Origin: a virus
Lineage: Duplodnaviria; Caudoviricetes
Direction: 5' to 3' (one strand)
IMG/VR virus record: IMGVR_UViG_3300032311_000461
Location: 1 to 63,641 of that record
Length of the DNA: 63,641 bases
Shown: piece after piece, positions 9,074-19,145 of the stretch
Numbering within the stretch: the stretch's first letter is position 1
How the letters are laid out: each line of letters begins with the position of its first letter
The notes under the pieces: model-generated
What the model saw: the letters and a program-made list of their open reading frames with translations, nothing else
Databases searched by the model: none
Told to the model about the DNA's origin: nothing
Made by a program: the position numbers and the translations under genes

Positions 9074-10974
9074 CAGTAGGCTGCCTTCCATCGAATGCCA
9101 GAGAAGTTGCATTCGTTAGAGTTCAGGCCGGGGCTCACCCTGATGTCACGGCTGTTGTTGTAGACAGTGCAGAATCCGTAGGTGACGGCAGTGCCTTTAT
9201 TCCGAATCGCCAGCGGATACATGGCCTCAAGTTCTGCAAAGGGAAACTGAGGGGGCATTCGGAGCGGCACCCATTCGTTGATTCCAGTGGTGAATGTCAG
9301 TGTGCCCTTCAACTCAATGAACCCGCCAAGCATTCGGGCTTGAATCTGCGTTGAGGTAGTTTCCTTCGTGCCTTCCATTCGGATGATTGGTGTCCAGCCA
9401 ATGTCTGCCGGTGGCATTTTCGTGCCACCCACCAGCATCAACTTCACTTCATCCAGCACAGACTTCTTGAAAGCAGCGAGTGCTGGATCATTGATCGAAC
9501 TGGCACCAACAGGACTGATCGCCGCCAGCTTGTCATCGACTTGCTTGCGGGAGTACAGCATCAGGGCCATCTGGTTGTCGAAGTCAACCTTGCTGAAAGC
9601 CTTGTCAATCTGCATGAAGCGGTCATCAGCCTGCTTCTGGGTGTAAACGTCAGCCCGGTAAGCGAACTGGTCAATGTCCACAAGCGTCAGGAACTTGGCG
9701 TCGGCCTGAGTCTTCGTGTAGGCATCAATCGTCGGAGCGGCCTTGCTCTCAAGTGCGCCGATGCGGCTAACAAAAGGATCGAAGTCTGACCGCAGGGCCA
9801 CATAGTCGTTGACCATGCCAACTGCGAACACCAGCCGGGGGCCAAAGCCTTCTCCAGTATCGGTGTAAGTCAGAGCAACAGGGGGCAGGGCAGCGTCACC
9901 AAAGCCAACAGCTTGAGTCACAACAGTCTTGGCGAGGATAGCCTGCGTGTTGTCACTGATCTTGGCATAGGCAGTCAGGTCAACCGGGCCAACCTGAGAG
10001 ATGATTTCAGTGATCTGCTCTGGGGTAAGCTGACCGCTCACAGCACCAGCAATGGCCTCGTCTACTTCGGGCTTGGTGTAGGTGCCATCCTTCACTTCCA
10101 TGATGCTGTTCATCAGGGTGGTGCTAAGACCTGACACGGTGGTTTTGTCGGCCTTGAGTTCAAGACTCTCGCCAAGCTGGACGGCAACTTCGCGGGTCAA
10201 GCTCTCTATCCGCTGATGCTCTTGGTCGTTCTCCGAAAACGCTGTGTCCAACTCCGTCTTGGTGTAGGTCGTGGCTTTGTCAGCCTTCAGGTCGAGGGCG
10301 GCATCAACGTCAGGCTTCTGGGCCACAGTTGCAAAGCCCTGATTCAGGAGTCTGAAATACTCCCTGAACTCAGACTCCAATGTGCCGTACTGGCCTTGAA
10401 AGGCAGCAAGCTCAGACTGATCGGCCTTGCCAGCAACAACGCCATCAACCTCTTGTTTGGTGTAGTAGCCAGATAGGTCAGCCGTCACAGGGTCGCCGCC
10501 GGTCAGCGAGAATATGTCCACCTGCTGCGGATTGCCAAAAGCCTTGTCCAACTCATCGCTGGTCAGCTTGAGCCACTGGCCTTCAGCCCTCTGCATGACG
10601 ATCATGGAGGGGTTCTGGGGAGTGGGCAGGCCCGCCTCGCTCTTGACGATCTTGGCGAACGAACTCAACTGACCAGACAACACGATGGTGGTCTGGTATT
10701 CCTGCCGCGTAATGGAGACAAGGGTGCCAACATCTTTGTAGTAGTGCAGCCCGTCAGCCAGAACTGCAAACGCATCCTCTAGCCCTTTAGGTGTGTCGGC
10801 CCCAGCGTCAGGAACTGCACCGGCGTGAGCGGTAATGGCAGCTTCTGGAATGGCAGCAATGGCATCGGTGACGAACTGTTCCGTTGCCAGACCAGCCGTG
10901 TCCACAGTGCCGCCGCCCAGAGGGATGGCAACCCACTCCTGCTTGTCCTTGTCGAAGTAATTCAGGCTTGGCAT
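9073..10974 (-). CDS. Tail fibre / minor structural protein
   Basis: Repeated YTKxEVD...KAD units typical of fibre shafts; C-terminal beta-sandwich-like domain. Confidence 0.75.
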   Translation of the reverse strand: MPSLNYFDKDKQEWVAIPLGGGTVDTAGLATEQFVTDAIAAIPEAAITAHAGAVPDAGADTPKGLEDAFAVLADGLHYYKDVGTLVSITRQEYQTTIVLSGQLSSFAKIVKSEAGLPTPQNPSMIVMQRAEGQWLKLTSDELDKAFGNPQQVDIFSLTGGDPVTADLSGYYTKQEVDGVVAGKADQSELAAFQGQYGTLESEFREYFRLLNQGFATVAQKPDVDAALDLKADKATTYTKTELDTAFSENDQEHQRIESLTREVAVQLGESLELKADKTTVSGLSTTLMNSIMEVKDGTYTKPEVDEAIAGAVSGQLTPEQITEIISQVGPVDLTAYAKISDNTQAILAKTVVTQAVGFGDAALPPVALTYTDTGEGFGPRLVFAVGMVNDYVALRSDFDPFVSRIGALESKAAPTIDAYTKTQADAKFLTLVDIDQFAYRADVYTQKQADDRFMQIDKAFSKVDFDNQMALMLYSRKQVDDKLAAISPVGASSINDPALAAFKKSVLDEVKLMLVGGTKMPPADIGWTPIIRMEGTKETTSTQIQARMLGGFIELKGTLTFTTGINEWVPLRMPPQFPFAELEAMYPLAIRNKGTAVTYGFCTVYNNSRDIRVSPGLNSNECNFSGIRWKAAY

Positions 10975-10976
10975 GG

Positions 10977-11651
10977 CTATCCCTTTGGATTGATCCAGAT
11001 ACTAGAGGTGGTCGTTGGGGCTAGGTCAGACACCACGAACGGCGGCTCGACAGTGGGAGCAATGCCGCCACCAGCCGGGTTCAGCCAAAGCGTGGAGAGG
11101 TTGCCCGGTGCGGTGGTGCCAACGTGGATGTTGCCGGTGTTGGCAAGCACCCAATCTTCAGTGGCAAAGAAGTTGTCTAGGCGGGAGCCCTTGGAGTCAG
11201 ACCGCAGACTCAGCTTCACACTGCCATCTGCATCTTGGGCGATGTAGAGAGTGTTGGGGCCGTCCAAGTCGATGGCCTTGGGGGCAATGACCTTGCCTTT
11301 GATCTCAGCCAGAACGTCAATGGTCGCGGCTTGGGTGTCGGCAGTGGGGTCAATCCACAGGTCGCCAATCTCTTCCCCGGGAGGTGGCTCGACCTCGGAG
11401 ACAATGTGGGCACCGGAGTGGGAGTCGCCGCCAGACCCACTGGCTATCCAAGGAAGCTGGGACCACCTCACCCACCCGTCGCCTACCTTGAGGTTCGGGC
11501 CTTCGGTGTTGCCGATTACATACCCCATCTCACCAGAGGCAAGGATCGGGTCGTTCTTCAGCCAGTTCTCAGCAGTGTCCTGACGAAACCTGATCCGCTG
11601 GTAGCCCCTCTCATCAGAGGCACAGTTGGGATGGGTGCTGGGTGTGGACAT
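10977..11651 (-). CDS. Fibre anchor protein with Mtd N-terminal-like motif
   Basis: RIRFRQDTAENWLKNDPILASGEMGY...LKVGDG..RWSQLPW plus three GDLWI/TLWLN/SIWIN motifs. Confidence 0.7.
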   Translation of the reverse strand: MSTPSTHPNCASDERGYQRIRFRQDTAENWLKNDPILASGEMGYVIGNTEGPNLKVGDGWVRWSQLPWIASGSGGDSHSGAHIVSEVEPPPGEEIGDLWIDPTADTQAATIDVLAEIKGKVIAPKAIDLDGPNTLYIAQDADGSVKLSLRSDSKGSRLDNFFATEDWVLANTGNIHVGTTAPGNLSTLWLNPAGGGIAPTVEPPFVVSDLAPTTTSSIWINPKG

Positions 11652-11669
11652 GGGACTCTCCTGCCCTAT

Positions 11670-11680
11670 TTATGTCCCGG
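11670..11680 (-). promoter_or_regulatory. Late-promoter-like motif CCGGGACATAA, copy 1
   Basis: Exact 11-mer also at 26080 and 58321, each just upstream of a leftward gene. Confidence 0.55.
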
Positions 11681-11698
11681 CCAGACAAAACTGAACCG

Positions 11699-12238
11699 CT
11701 ACTTGCTGCGCTTCCACGCAGGTGCGTGTTTGTCCTTGACCTGACGAACGGCTTCTTGGCGGGTCAACTTGGAGTTACTCGCCATAGCCTGCTTGGCCAG
11801 CTTGTCCACGATCTTGGGATTCAGGGCGGGCTTGACTGGCTCGACCTCATGGCCCTGCACGTTCACGATCCCGCTGACGTTGAGGTTACGGGACTTGGCT
11901 ACACGCTTAATGTCGCTTACAGAGTCCACCCAAGCCCCCGGGTCCATGTGCCCGCGTTTGTCAGCCAGCCCGCCCAAGTAATACTTGCCGTTGATGTTGA
12001 TGCCCGCCGCCTTGGCTTCCCGTGCCATCTTCTTGGCCATCCTTGCCGGGATGCCGTCCATCCAGTTGCCGTCGAGCCGCCCCTGCATGAAGGCCCGGTC
12101 GGTTCCTTGGGTGCCCGGGGGTTGCTGGAGGGCACACATCTCTGCGAACCGGGGTGACTGCCCCGCGTTGACCATGCGGATGTAATGCTCTCGGACCTCC
12201 AAGCTGGCCCGCTGAATGTCAAAGGGAAGCTCAATCAC
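11699..12238 (-). CDS. Hypothetical protein downstream of portal
   Basis: 179 aa, coupled to the portal stop. Confidence 0.75.
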   Translation of the reverse strand: MIELPFDIQRASLEVREHYIRMVNAGQSPRFAEMCALQQPPGTQGTDRAFMQGRLDGNWMDGIPARMAKKMAREAKAAGININGKYYLGGLADKRGHMDPGAWVDSVSDIKRVAKSRNLNVSGIVNVQGHEVEPVKPALNPKIVDKLAKQAMASNSKLTRQEAVRQVKDKHAPAWKRSK

Positions 12239-14337
12239 GGTGCCATCTCCGGGGGAATGGGCTCAGGTGGCGGCACCGATGCCTCCCCGCCACCTTCCGG
12301 GGCCGGGGAGGCGGCATCGGCTGGTCCGGCTGGTGGCTGGGGAGGCTGCGGCGGCGGCTCGGGGATCATGTAGGGCGTGTAATCAACGTCGATGGCCTCG
12401 CAGTAATCCCTCAGAAGGGCATTCATCGGCCCCGGCATCCCCTGCATCACAAGTGGCTGGAGGACCGGGCCCAGCGTCTGGAGAGCGATCTGGAGGGCTT
12501 CGATACGCCCAGCCTTGTTTGGCTTCCTCGCGCTGCCCGCCTCAATGCGGTAGTCATAGTTCATGGCAAGCTGGCCAAGGCTCACTTGCTCTTGAAGACT
12601 CTTCCAGACCGATGCACCGATGGGGCCAAGCACGGGAGCGATGTCCTGTTCTTGGAGTAACCAACGGGCTGCCAGAGCTTCACGGCGGGCCAGCATGGAC
12701 ATAGCGTCCTCAAGCACGTTCGCCATATCGTCTGGCCGCACAGAAATCTGTTCCGACTTCACCTGCGCTTCTGCGGCACTTCTATAGGAATTTCTCGTCA
12801 TACCGTAAGTGAGTTCTGTGAGTCCGACTCTTTTGTCGAACATCTCTGAAACGGCTTGGACAATCGTCCATAATTCCGGCGTGACCTGAGGAAGCTGGAG
12901 GACAGACACGATGTCATTCACCGACCGGCCAAGAGTCTCGGACAACTCAATGAGTGAGAACCCCGATTGCTCATGTCGGAGCAACTGTTCCTTGATGTCA
13001 TCCCCCGCTGCCTTGCTCACGCCCACCATTGTCTTGGACGAGATCATCACCCGGGTGGCAAGGAAAGAAAGTGCCCAGTTCAGGAACTTCAATTCCGGCA
13101 TCCCCGGTTTCATGTGGGAGATAGGCCACACTGAACCCGGCTTGCGGTGACACTGGAACGGAGTGAAAGGCCAGCCGTTGTGATCCGCGTAAAACGGGAT
13201 GGGCCAGCGAGTCCGCGTGAACAAGCTGTTGGGAAGACCTGTCTCGTCAGGCTCCTCTAGGCCAATAGCCTTGGGAACATTCAAGGGGTAATCGACACCC
13301 TCTGCCACCACCAGATAACAGTTCGGGCCCAGCCCATCGAACATCTGGGCGAACTCTTTGGGGGAACCCTTGAGATTGTGGCCGAATCCAGTCTTTGACC
13401 AGATTTTCCAGTAGACGATCAGGTCGTTCGTCTTACCGTTCTTTTTCTTCATCTTGTAGCCACGGTCTTCTTCCATAGACCGGGCCACGAAGCTCTCCAT
13501 GTGCCCCTTCAGTTCCGACCGCTCCAAGCCGTACTTCTCAGCCACCTCGGCAATCGGGTGAACACAGCGACGGGCACACCACAGGATGTCTTCCTGTTCG
13601 TCCGCGTCAGGGTCCAGAAGTAGGTTGTCCACGTTGTCGTGGAATGAACCGATGAGCCCAACCGGCGGGCCATCCTCGCCACCCATCTCAATCAGTTCGG
13701 TCCACCACACACCCATCCCCTTGAGAATGCCCTCGTCCACCACCTTGCGGGTGTGTTCCTTCAAGTTCAACTGGCCGGGGGTGTAGTTCAAGTACGCGCT
13801 GATGATTTCAGAGAACGCTTCCCGCTGCTGCTCGACCATGCCAATCTGTTGACTGGCTTGGATGTACTGCTCGACCTCCGGGGGCAGCATCGGCTGCCCG
13901 GTCATCGGGTCCATCTGCGGCGGCTGGCTCGTATCAATCCCAACAGCTTCAGGCGGGACGGGGGGGAACTTCTTTGCCGTGACCGTCCGCACCGGGTTGC
14001 GAGAATAGATGACTGAGCCGATGAGCTTCACAGCCTCGAAAGCACGGTTCACAGTCATGCGAAAGCTGGGGGGAGAAATCTTGGAGTAGGGGGCCGCACC
14101 CTCTTTCCAGAAGAAGTTCTCTCCACCATCGAAGAAATTACACGCTTCCTTGGCATCGTCCGAAAAAGCCTTCTTTGCCTTGCGGGCAAGTTCCAGCTTC
14201 TTCAGCCAGCCGGTGGAGATGCTTCTGAGGGCATCCTCCATCTGACGCTGTGGCACAACATCCGGCGGTGGGTCAGCCAGTTGGCTGGGATCACCACCGG
14301 ACATGGGAACGTCTGGGTCGATGTTAGCTTCGCTCAT
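12235..14337 (-). CDS. Portal protein
   Basis: 700 aa, near terminase. SAAEAQVKSEQ (TATE-like), IEAGSARKPNK and a Pro/Gln-rich tail, as in P22/T7-type portals. Confidence 0.8.
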   Translation of the reverse strand: MSEANIDPDVPMSGGDPSQLADPPPDVVPQRQMEDALRSISTGWLKKLELARKAKKAFSDDAKEACNFFDGGENFFWKEGAAPYSKISPPSFRMTVNRAFEAVKLIGSVIYSRNPVRTVTAKKFPPVPPEAVGIDTSQPPQMDPMTGQPMLPPEVEQYIQASQQIGMVEQQREAFSEIISAYLNYTPGQLNLKEHTRKVVDEGILKGMGVWWTELIEMGGEDGPPVGLIGSFHDNVDNLLLDPDADEQEDILWCARRCVHPIAEVAEKYGLERSELKGHMESFVARSMEEDRGYKMKKKNGKTNDLIVYWKIWSKTGFGHNLKGSPKEFAQMFDGLGPNCYLVVAEGVDYPLNVPKAIGLEEPDETGLPNSLFTRTRWPIPFYADHNGWPFTPFQCHRKPGSVWPISHMKPGMPELKFLNWALSFLATRVMISSKTMVGVSKAAGDDIKEQLLRHEQSGFSLIELSETLGRSVNDIVSVLQLPQVTPELWTIVQAVSEMFDKRVGLTELTYGMTRNSYRSAAEAQVKSEQISVRPDDMANVLEDAMSMLARREALAARWLLQEQDIAPVLGPIGASVWKSLQEQVSLGQLAMNYDYRIEAGSARKPNKAGRIEALQIALQTLGPVLQPLVMQGMPGPMNALLRDYCEAIDVDYTPYMIPEPPPQPPQPPAGPADAASPAPEGGGEASVPPPEPIPPEMAP

Positions 14338-14852
14338 CACAGGGACTCCAGTGCCTCAAACTCTTCAATGATTTGCTTGGCATTCTGGTGCGCCGCCAAG
14401 GCTTCTTTCTCTGTGCCAAACCCACCCAAGGAATGTTCCTTGCCGTGACGCTTGATTCGGGCAAAAAACCTTTCGCGGATTTTCCTTACACCGCGAGACT
14501 GCTTGTTGCGATTGTTCAGCGACCCACTGGCGGGACGAAGATTCTCCAGCCTGTTGTCGAGCCGGTTGCGGTTGATATGGTCAATCTGGCGGGGAGCCCA
14601 GCCATACTCAGCCTTCCACACCAAGCGATGGAGGTACTCCATGCGACTTCCTACCGAAGCGACTACATAGCCGTTGGTGTGGGTGCGCCACTTGAGCCCG
14701 CCAACCACTCCCTCAAAACGCTCGTCTACAAGAAACAGTGGCCTGACAACGCTTTTGCCGCGACATTCAAGGCTGCACCCAAGACAGCGGCTGTGCCCTT
14801 TTCGGCTGGTGCAACTGCCGCAATCAACGCACTTCCCGGGCTTGCGTGGCAT
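14337..14852 (-). CDS. HNH homing endonuclease with AP2-like domain
   Basis: YLHRLV...IDHINRNRLDNRLENLR; LGGFGTEKEALAA; start at MPRKPGKCVDCG. Confidence 0.85.
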   Translation of the reverse strand: MPRKPGKCVDCGSCTSRKGHSRCLGCSLECRGKSVVRPLFLVDERFEGVVGGLKWRTHTNGYVVASVGSRMEYLHRLVWKAEYGWAPRQIDHINRNRLDNRLENLRPASGSLNNRNKQSRGVRKIRERFFARIKRHGKEHSLGGFGTEKEALAAHQNAKQIIEEFEALESL

Positions 14853-14854
14853 AA

Positions 14855-15187
14855 CTACCTCCCCCGGATGCAGGCATACCACATCCCGTTCGGACCTTGG
14901 GCGACACCCTGATCCATGATCTGAATTTGGCCGTAGTAACAGCACCTGCGGACGGCAGCCTCTGGGGTGGATGCCATACCTATCCCTTCCATCATTCCGC
15001 CGTTTCCGCCCAAATGGCGAAAATCCCCTGTACGAGCAAGAGCTTCCGCGACACCCTGAGCGGTGTTGGTAGCCGCCCGTGCCATGTTCTGGACCGGCTG
15101 GCCTTGCTGGTACTGGCGACGAGGCTTTGCGTGAGCTACCCCCGTCAAGATCGAACACATAGCGAAAGCCGTAAGAAGGCGACTCAT
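14855..15187 (-). CDS. Secreted CAP-like small protein
   Basis: Signal peptide; H...EGIG...AVRRCCY...GVAQGPNGMWYACIR resembles a reduced CAP fold. Confidence 0.55.
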   Translation of the reverse strand: MSRLLTAFAMCSILTGVAHAKPRRQYQQGQPVQNMARAATNTAQGVAEALARTGDFRHLGGNGGMMEGIGMASTPEAAVRRCCYYGQIQIMDQGVAQGPNGMWYACIRGR

Positions 15188-15576
15188 TCGGCCACCTCCA
15201 CTTCCGCCACCTCTTCCTTGCGGGGGCGACCGGGGCCACGGCGAACAGGCTCGTCACTGGGGGTGCGGGCCTCTGCCATCTTGAGCTTTGTCAAGAAAGG
15301 CTTGAGTTCCTTGATGATCTCGGTGGTCGGGTGGACCGTGAAACAGCCCCACTGGAGCCAGTTACCAGCGATCTCAGACTCACGCCAGAACGGATCGTCC
15401 TTGTGGCGAACGCTCTTCTTCTCAACAAGACCGGAGTTCTCGGAGAAGATCAGGATGGAGATTGTCTCTCGCCCCTTCTGGATCATCCAGCCCAAGCTGG
15501 GAGGGGTGGAGTTCGACATGGGGTCATCGTGCCACAACACTAGGTCGCCAATCGACAGTTCCGAAATAATCTGCAT
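15184..15576 (-). CDS. Hypothetical protein with RRGPGRPRK basic motif
   Basis: 130 aa, GGAGG SD. Confidence 0.7.
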   Translation of the reverse strand: MQIISELSIGDLVLWHDDPMSNSTPPSLGWMIQKGRETISILIFSENSGLVEKKSVRHKDDPFWRESEIAGNWLQWGCFTVHPTTEIIKELKPFLTKLKMAEARTPSDEPVRRGPGRPRKEEVAEVEVAE

Positions 15577-15631
15577 GGTTTTGCCTCCACCACGGGGAAA
15601 GGTACTGGCAGTAGCGTACTGACCCCCGGAG

Positions 15632-15651
15632 GGCGGGCAATAGTTACGCGA
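15632..15651 (-). promoter_or_regulatory. Conserved motif TCGCGTAACTATTGCCCGCC
   Basis: 20/20 identical to 26357..26376 (+); core also at 23305 and 19619. Confidence 0.55.
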
Positions 15652-17305
15652 CGTATGTCTGGGAGGTGTAACTTGAGGGGGCTAGGTACACCACGCTGGC
15701 TTCCTCGCCACGATCCCGCCGCCTCTTGGCAAGCCACGGCTCCCACCACGCAACCTCGGCCTTAACCTCTGGCTTGTGGTACTTGGGGTCTGCGGCAAAT
15801 ATGTAACGCATACAGTCCATCAAGTGAGACACAGACCGGGGGTGGGGCTTGTCGAGGACGATTGAGTGACCACCCACCACTGTGGACTGCCGCTTGTAAC
15901 GCTTGATCTCTCGGATGAAGTTGGGCATGGCCCCTTCAAGGACCCGGAGGTAAGGGGTCCCCTTCGACCGGATGTGCATGGCGTTACGGACGCTCTCAAT
16001 GCCAGCCATGATGTCATCGCTGCCGTGCATGAATGACGAGCCGGTAGCCTTCGACCGCACCCCAAGTAACTCAAGCTGTTCCGCGTACTGTTGGCCGGGG
16101 GACTTGCCGCCGCCGATGTCTGTCAGGCGGGCACCATGCGAGTCGATAATGAACGCATAGAACTGGGGCTGCCCTGCCAGCTTGGCCGCGAACTTCTCGG
16201 CAAACACCACGGCGGAACAGTTGGGGATGTAGAGTTCGTCATAGATCAGGACGAAATCCCCGGAGGGCGGGACTGCCGCGAACATCACAGCACAGATCGC
16301 ATGGCCCGGGTCAATCGCCGCATACCGGCACCAGTCTGCGGGAATCTGACCTTCCGGCAGTTCCCTGCGGGAGAAGCCGTGGATGCCCATGTTGAAATTG
16401 CCGTACATCAAAACAGAGTCGAAGGTGAACTCGCCCTCCGCTCTCATCCGCAGGACTTCCTCGCCCTGCGCGGCCCACTGCTCCACTGCCAAGGCGCGGG
16501 CCTCTTTGGAGATGTGTTCGTTGTCGAGGAACCTCAGGACGAACTTCTTGGGGTTGCTGTGCCCTTCCTCTGCCGCTTTATCCGCCCGTTCGCACAGGCC
16601 GAAGAGTGCGTCATTCTTTGAGTGCGGGGTTGCCGACCACACCAGCCTTCCCTTGTAGTCCGCAAGACGAGCCTGCAACTCAGCCAGCCAAGTGCTTTCG
16701 GATGACAAGTCCTCGTCAATCCACGCGAGATGGGCCCGGTAGCCCTGAGGAGGATCGCCCTCAGAGCTAAAGAAGTAGATTTGCCAGCCGTTGGTCAGTT
16801 CGCAGGACTGCATATATCCAGCGGACTTCAGCACCCAACTGATGTTCTTGATCATCCGGGGTGGGATCAAGGGTGGGGATGGCTTGGCCTCGGACTCCCG
16901 GGCCTTGTCCGCTACCGGGTCATACGCGCGCCACTCTTTAGTATGGGCATCCTGAATGATCTTAAATGCGCCAGCCTTGAATAAGCCGCGAACACAGACC
17001 ATCCCGATGTGCCGCCAGTCGGCCCCCACCACCACCGCCGTGCCGTTCTCTTTCGGGTACTTGCCCTCGACTGGGTGCGTCCCGGTTACAGCCCACGCAA
17101 ACTCCAGCATGGCAGCCGTAGTCTTGCCGCTCCGATTGCCGCCCAGCACGATCCGCTCGGAAGCCATGTCATCGTGGAAGGGCTTCTGATTGGCATTGGG
17201 CCGGTAGAGCCTTACAGACTCAAGCTGGCGGGATGCCAACTCCCGCTGGAGGTCGAGCATCTCCTGTCTGGAGTGCTGCGAGACATTATCAAGAGGGTTC
17301 GCCAT
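15644..17305 (-). CDS. terL: Terminase large subunit
   Basis: Walker A GGNRSGKT, Walker B AWIDE, SATP coupling motif, nuclease AIDPG...HLMDCMRY. Confidence 0.93.
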   Translation of the reverse strand: MANPLDNVSQHSRQEMLDLQRELASRQLESVRLYRPNANQKPFHDDMASERIVLGGNRSGKTTAAMLEFAWAVTGTHPVEGKYPKENGTAVVVGADWRHIGMVCVRGLFKAGAFKIIQDAHTKEWRAYDPVADKARESEAKPSPPLIPPRMIKNISWVLKSAGYMQSCELTNGWQIYFFSSEGDPPQGYRAHLAWIDEDLSSESTWLAELQARLADYKGRLVWSATPHSKNDALFGLCERADKAAEEGHSNPKKFVLRFLDNEHISKEARALAVEQWAAQGEEVLRMRAEGEFTFDSVLMYGNFNMGIHGFSRRELPEGQIPADWCRYAAIDPGHAICAVMFAAVPPSGDFVLIYDELYIPNCSAVVFAEKFAAKLAGQPQFYAFIIDSHGARLTDIGGGKSPGQQYAEQLELLGVRSKATGSSFMHGSDDIMAGIESVRNAMHIRSKGTPYLRVLEGAMPNFIREIKRYKRQSTVVGGHSIVLDKPHPRSVSHLMDCMRYIFAADPKYHKPEVKAEVAWWEPWLAKRRRDRGEEASVVYLAPSSYTSQTYVA

Positions 17306-17945
17306 GCGGAACCTCCACAAGGCGGCGCATGGACATGGCCTGCTCTATTTCCACTACGGGAATCTGGTTGGCCTGAATCATCCCATCGGGGATTTCCACC
17401 TCAGTGGACTGGTTCAGGTACTCCAAATTCTTCTGGGACTCCGCAGCCAGAGCAATCTTCTGCGCCAGCCTCGCCTCTAGCTCATCGTCGGTCATCAAGC
17501 TGACTGGCTTCTGGACCGCCCCGCTATCCGCCACGTTGTTCGTGAGCCTGACCACAGTCTCCAGAATGCTGGTGCGGATACGCCCGCCGGGTGGGGCTGA
17601 GTGGTAGGTGTGCGCCAGTTCGTTAGCCAGCCCGTTGACACCACCAAAGAGCGTATAGATCGACTCCAGTAGCTCTGTGCTGTGCGGGATGTTGCTGCCA
17701 CCCTTGCGGACAAGAGGGGCCTGCATGAACGCTTCCGCTGCCCGCCGGGAGGTTGTCTCTACCTTCTGCCGGTGCTTGACCAGCTTGTAGCAGGCTTTGC
17801 AGATCGGCTGGAGGGTGTGCTGGGTTCCGGGGACCAAGGGCCACCGCCGCCGGTCGAGCGGCTTGACCAGACCACACGCCTCGCAGGCACGGCTACTATC
17901 CAGAGGACCGTCCGGGGCAACGTCTGGGATGTCGATCTCTTCCAT
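17289..17945 (-). CDS. Putative terminase small subunit (zinc finger)
   Basis: CxxC...CxxC, SLMTDDELEARL motif, directly upstream of terL. Confidence 0.5.
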   Translation of the reverse strand: MEEIDIPDVAPDGPLDSSRACEACGLVKPLDRRRWPLVPGTQHTLQPICKACYKLVKHRQKVETTSRRAAEAFMQAPLVRKGGSNIPHSTELLESIYTLFGGVNGLANELAHTYHSAPPGGRIRTSILETVVRLTNNVADSGAVQKPVSLMTDDELEARLAQKIALAAESQKNLEYLNQSTEVEIPDGMIQANQIPVVEIEQAMSMRRLVEVPHGEPS

Positions 17946-17948
17946 GCT

Positions 17949-18164
17949 TCACCGATCAAGCTGGAGGTTAGACACGCTGGGGTCAGGTCGAACGCCAGAA
18001 GCCATCTTCTGCATCTTCACCAGAGGGCTTTCTTCCTCAGGTGGCTGGCCATCTTGTCGGGCCATCAGGTCGCCAACGCTCTGACCAGTCAGGAAGTTCC
18101 CAAGTCCAGCTACCGCATCAGAGGGCAGCCGGGAGTCGAGGAGCTTGCGGATCATGTCGCTCAT
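17949..18164 (-). CDS. Small hypothetical protein (MSDMIRKLL N-terminus)
   Basis: 71 aa with AAGGAGG SD. Confidence 0.7.
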   Translation of the reverse strand: MSDMIRKLLDSRLPSDAVAGLGNFLTGQSVGDLMARQDGQPPEEESPLVKMQKMASGVRPDPSVSNLQLDR

Positions 18165-18240
18165 GGGGCCTCCTTGCGTAAAGCCCGGGGGGAGCGTCGT
18201 GACTCACTCGCCCCCGGGCCCCACACAACACACACTCAGA

Positions 18241-18663
18241 TCAGTTACCGAAGAAAGCCTTCGCGGTGGCACCTTCCGCAGCCGCAGCACCGGCAGCTTC
18301 CTGCGCCTTAGCAGCGGCCTTGGCAGCCTTGCGACCAGCCGAAGCCTCTTCCCGCATGGCCTTGCTGACCTTGTGGGCATTCTTGCGGGCACCACGGCGG
18401 CTCATCGGGGCCTTGTCAGACGGGGAGCCTTCGCCCACCGACACTTCTTCGGTCACGGTCACATCACCGGCACCATCGACCTCGACAGTTTCCTTGACCT
18501 TGACACCGGGGGTCACGGTCACATCCTGCTCGACTTCGACAGCCACCGGGGCAGCGACGGTCTTCTTGGTCTTCTTGCCGTGGCAGTCCGTACCGGCGTT
18601 GACAACACCGGAGGTAAGACAGCCAAGGAGGAAGGCAAGGGTGAACACAACAAACTTATTCAT
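18241..18663 (-). CDS. Secreted or membrane-anchored protein
   Basis: Signal peptide MNKFVVFTLAFLLGCLTSGVVNAG, Val/Glu/Thr repeats, Ala/Lys-rich helix. Confidence 0.65.
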   Translation of the reverse strand: MNKFVVFTLAFLLGCLTSGVVNAGTDCHGKKTKKTVAAPVAVEVEQDVTVTPGVKVKETVEVDGAGDVTVTEEVSVGEGSPSDKAPMSRRGARKNAHKVSKAMREEASAGRKAAKAAAKAQEAAGAAAAEGATAKAFFGN

Positions 18664-18692
18664 GGGAGCAATTCCTAGGGGGGAGGGGGGCA

Positions 18693-19145
18693 CTAACGGA
18701 AGACTTGGGTGTAAGACGCGCCGACTTGACCAACACCAATCGTAGTATAGCGGCTACTTAGTATGTTTCTGCGGTGACCGGGGGAGTGCATCCAAGCTCT
18801 TACTGTTGCCTCTGGGCTAGAGTAACCCTTTGCGACATTCTCTCCATAGGGGCCTTTGCTGTGGTGCATCCTGCCTGCGTTCATTACTGCCGACCAGTTA
18901 CGAGCGAACCTCATCATCTCTGGTACGGGTTTCAACGAGGCAAGACCGTGTTTGTTTCTCTCTATGTTGGTGAGCCGGATTACTTCCATCTCGCACTGAT
19001 TACCGATTGGCGGCGGCTTCTTGACTACCTTCTTGGGAGGCGGGCAAGCTACGGGCTCTGGGATCAGTAGGGGAACAACTTGGTTGAGACATAGCAACGC
19101 AAAGGCTGCCATAGCCAATCCGAATGCCGCTCTCAGCGGAGTCAT
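18693..19145 (-). CDS. CAP/SCP-domain protein with N-terminal membrane anchor
   Basis: LTNIERNKHGL...HHS...GENVAKG...WMHSPGHRRNIL...IGVG canonical CAP motifs. Confidence 0.9.
   Translation of the reverse strand: MTPLRAAFGLAMAAFALLCLNQVVPLLIPEPVACPPPKKVVKKPPPIGNQCEMEVIRLTNIERNKHGLASLKPVPEMMRFARNWSAVMNAGRMHHSKGPYGENVAKGYSSPEATVRAWMHSPGHRRNILSSRYTTIGVGQVGASYTQVFR

Noticed and set aside
1473-11651. Diversity-generating retroelement suggested by Mtd-N-like motifs
   Set aside because: No reverse transcriptase and no TR/VR pair with adenine-specific mismatches seen
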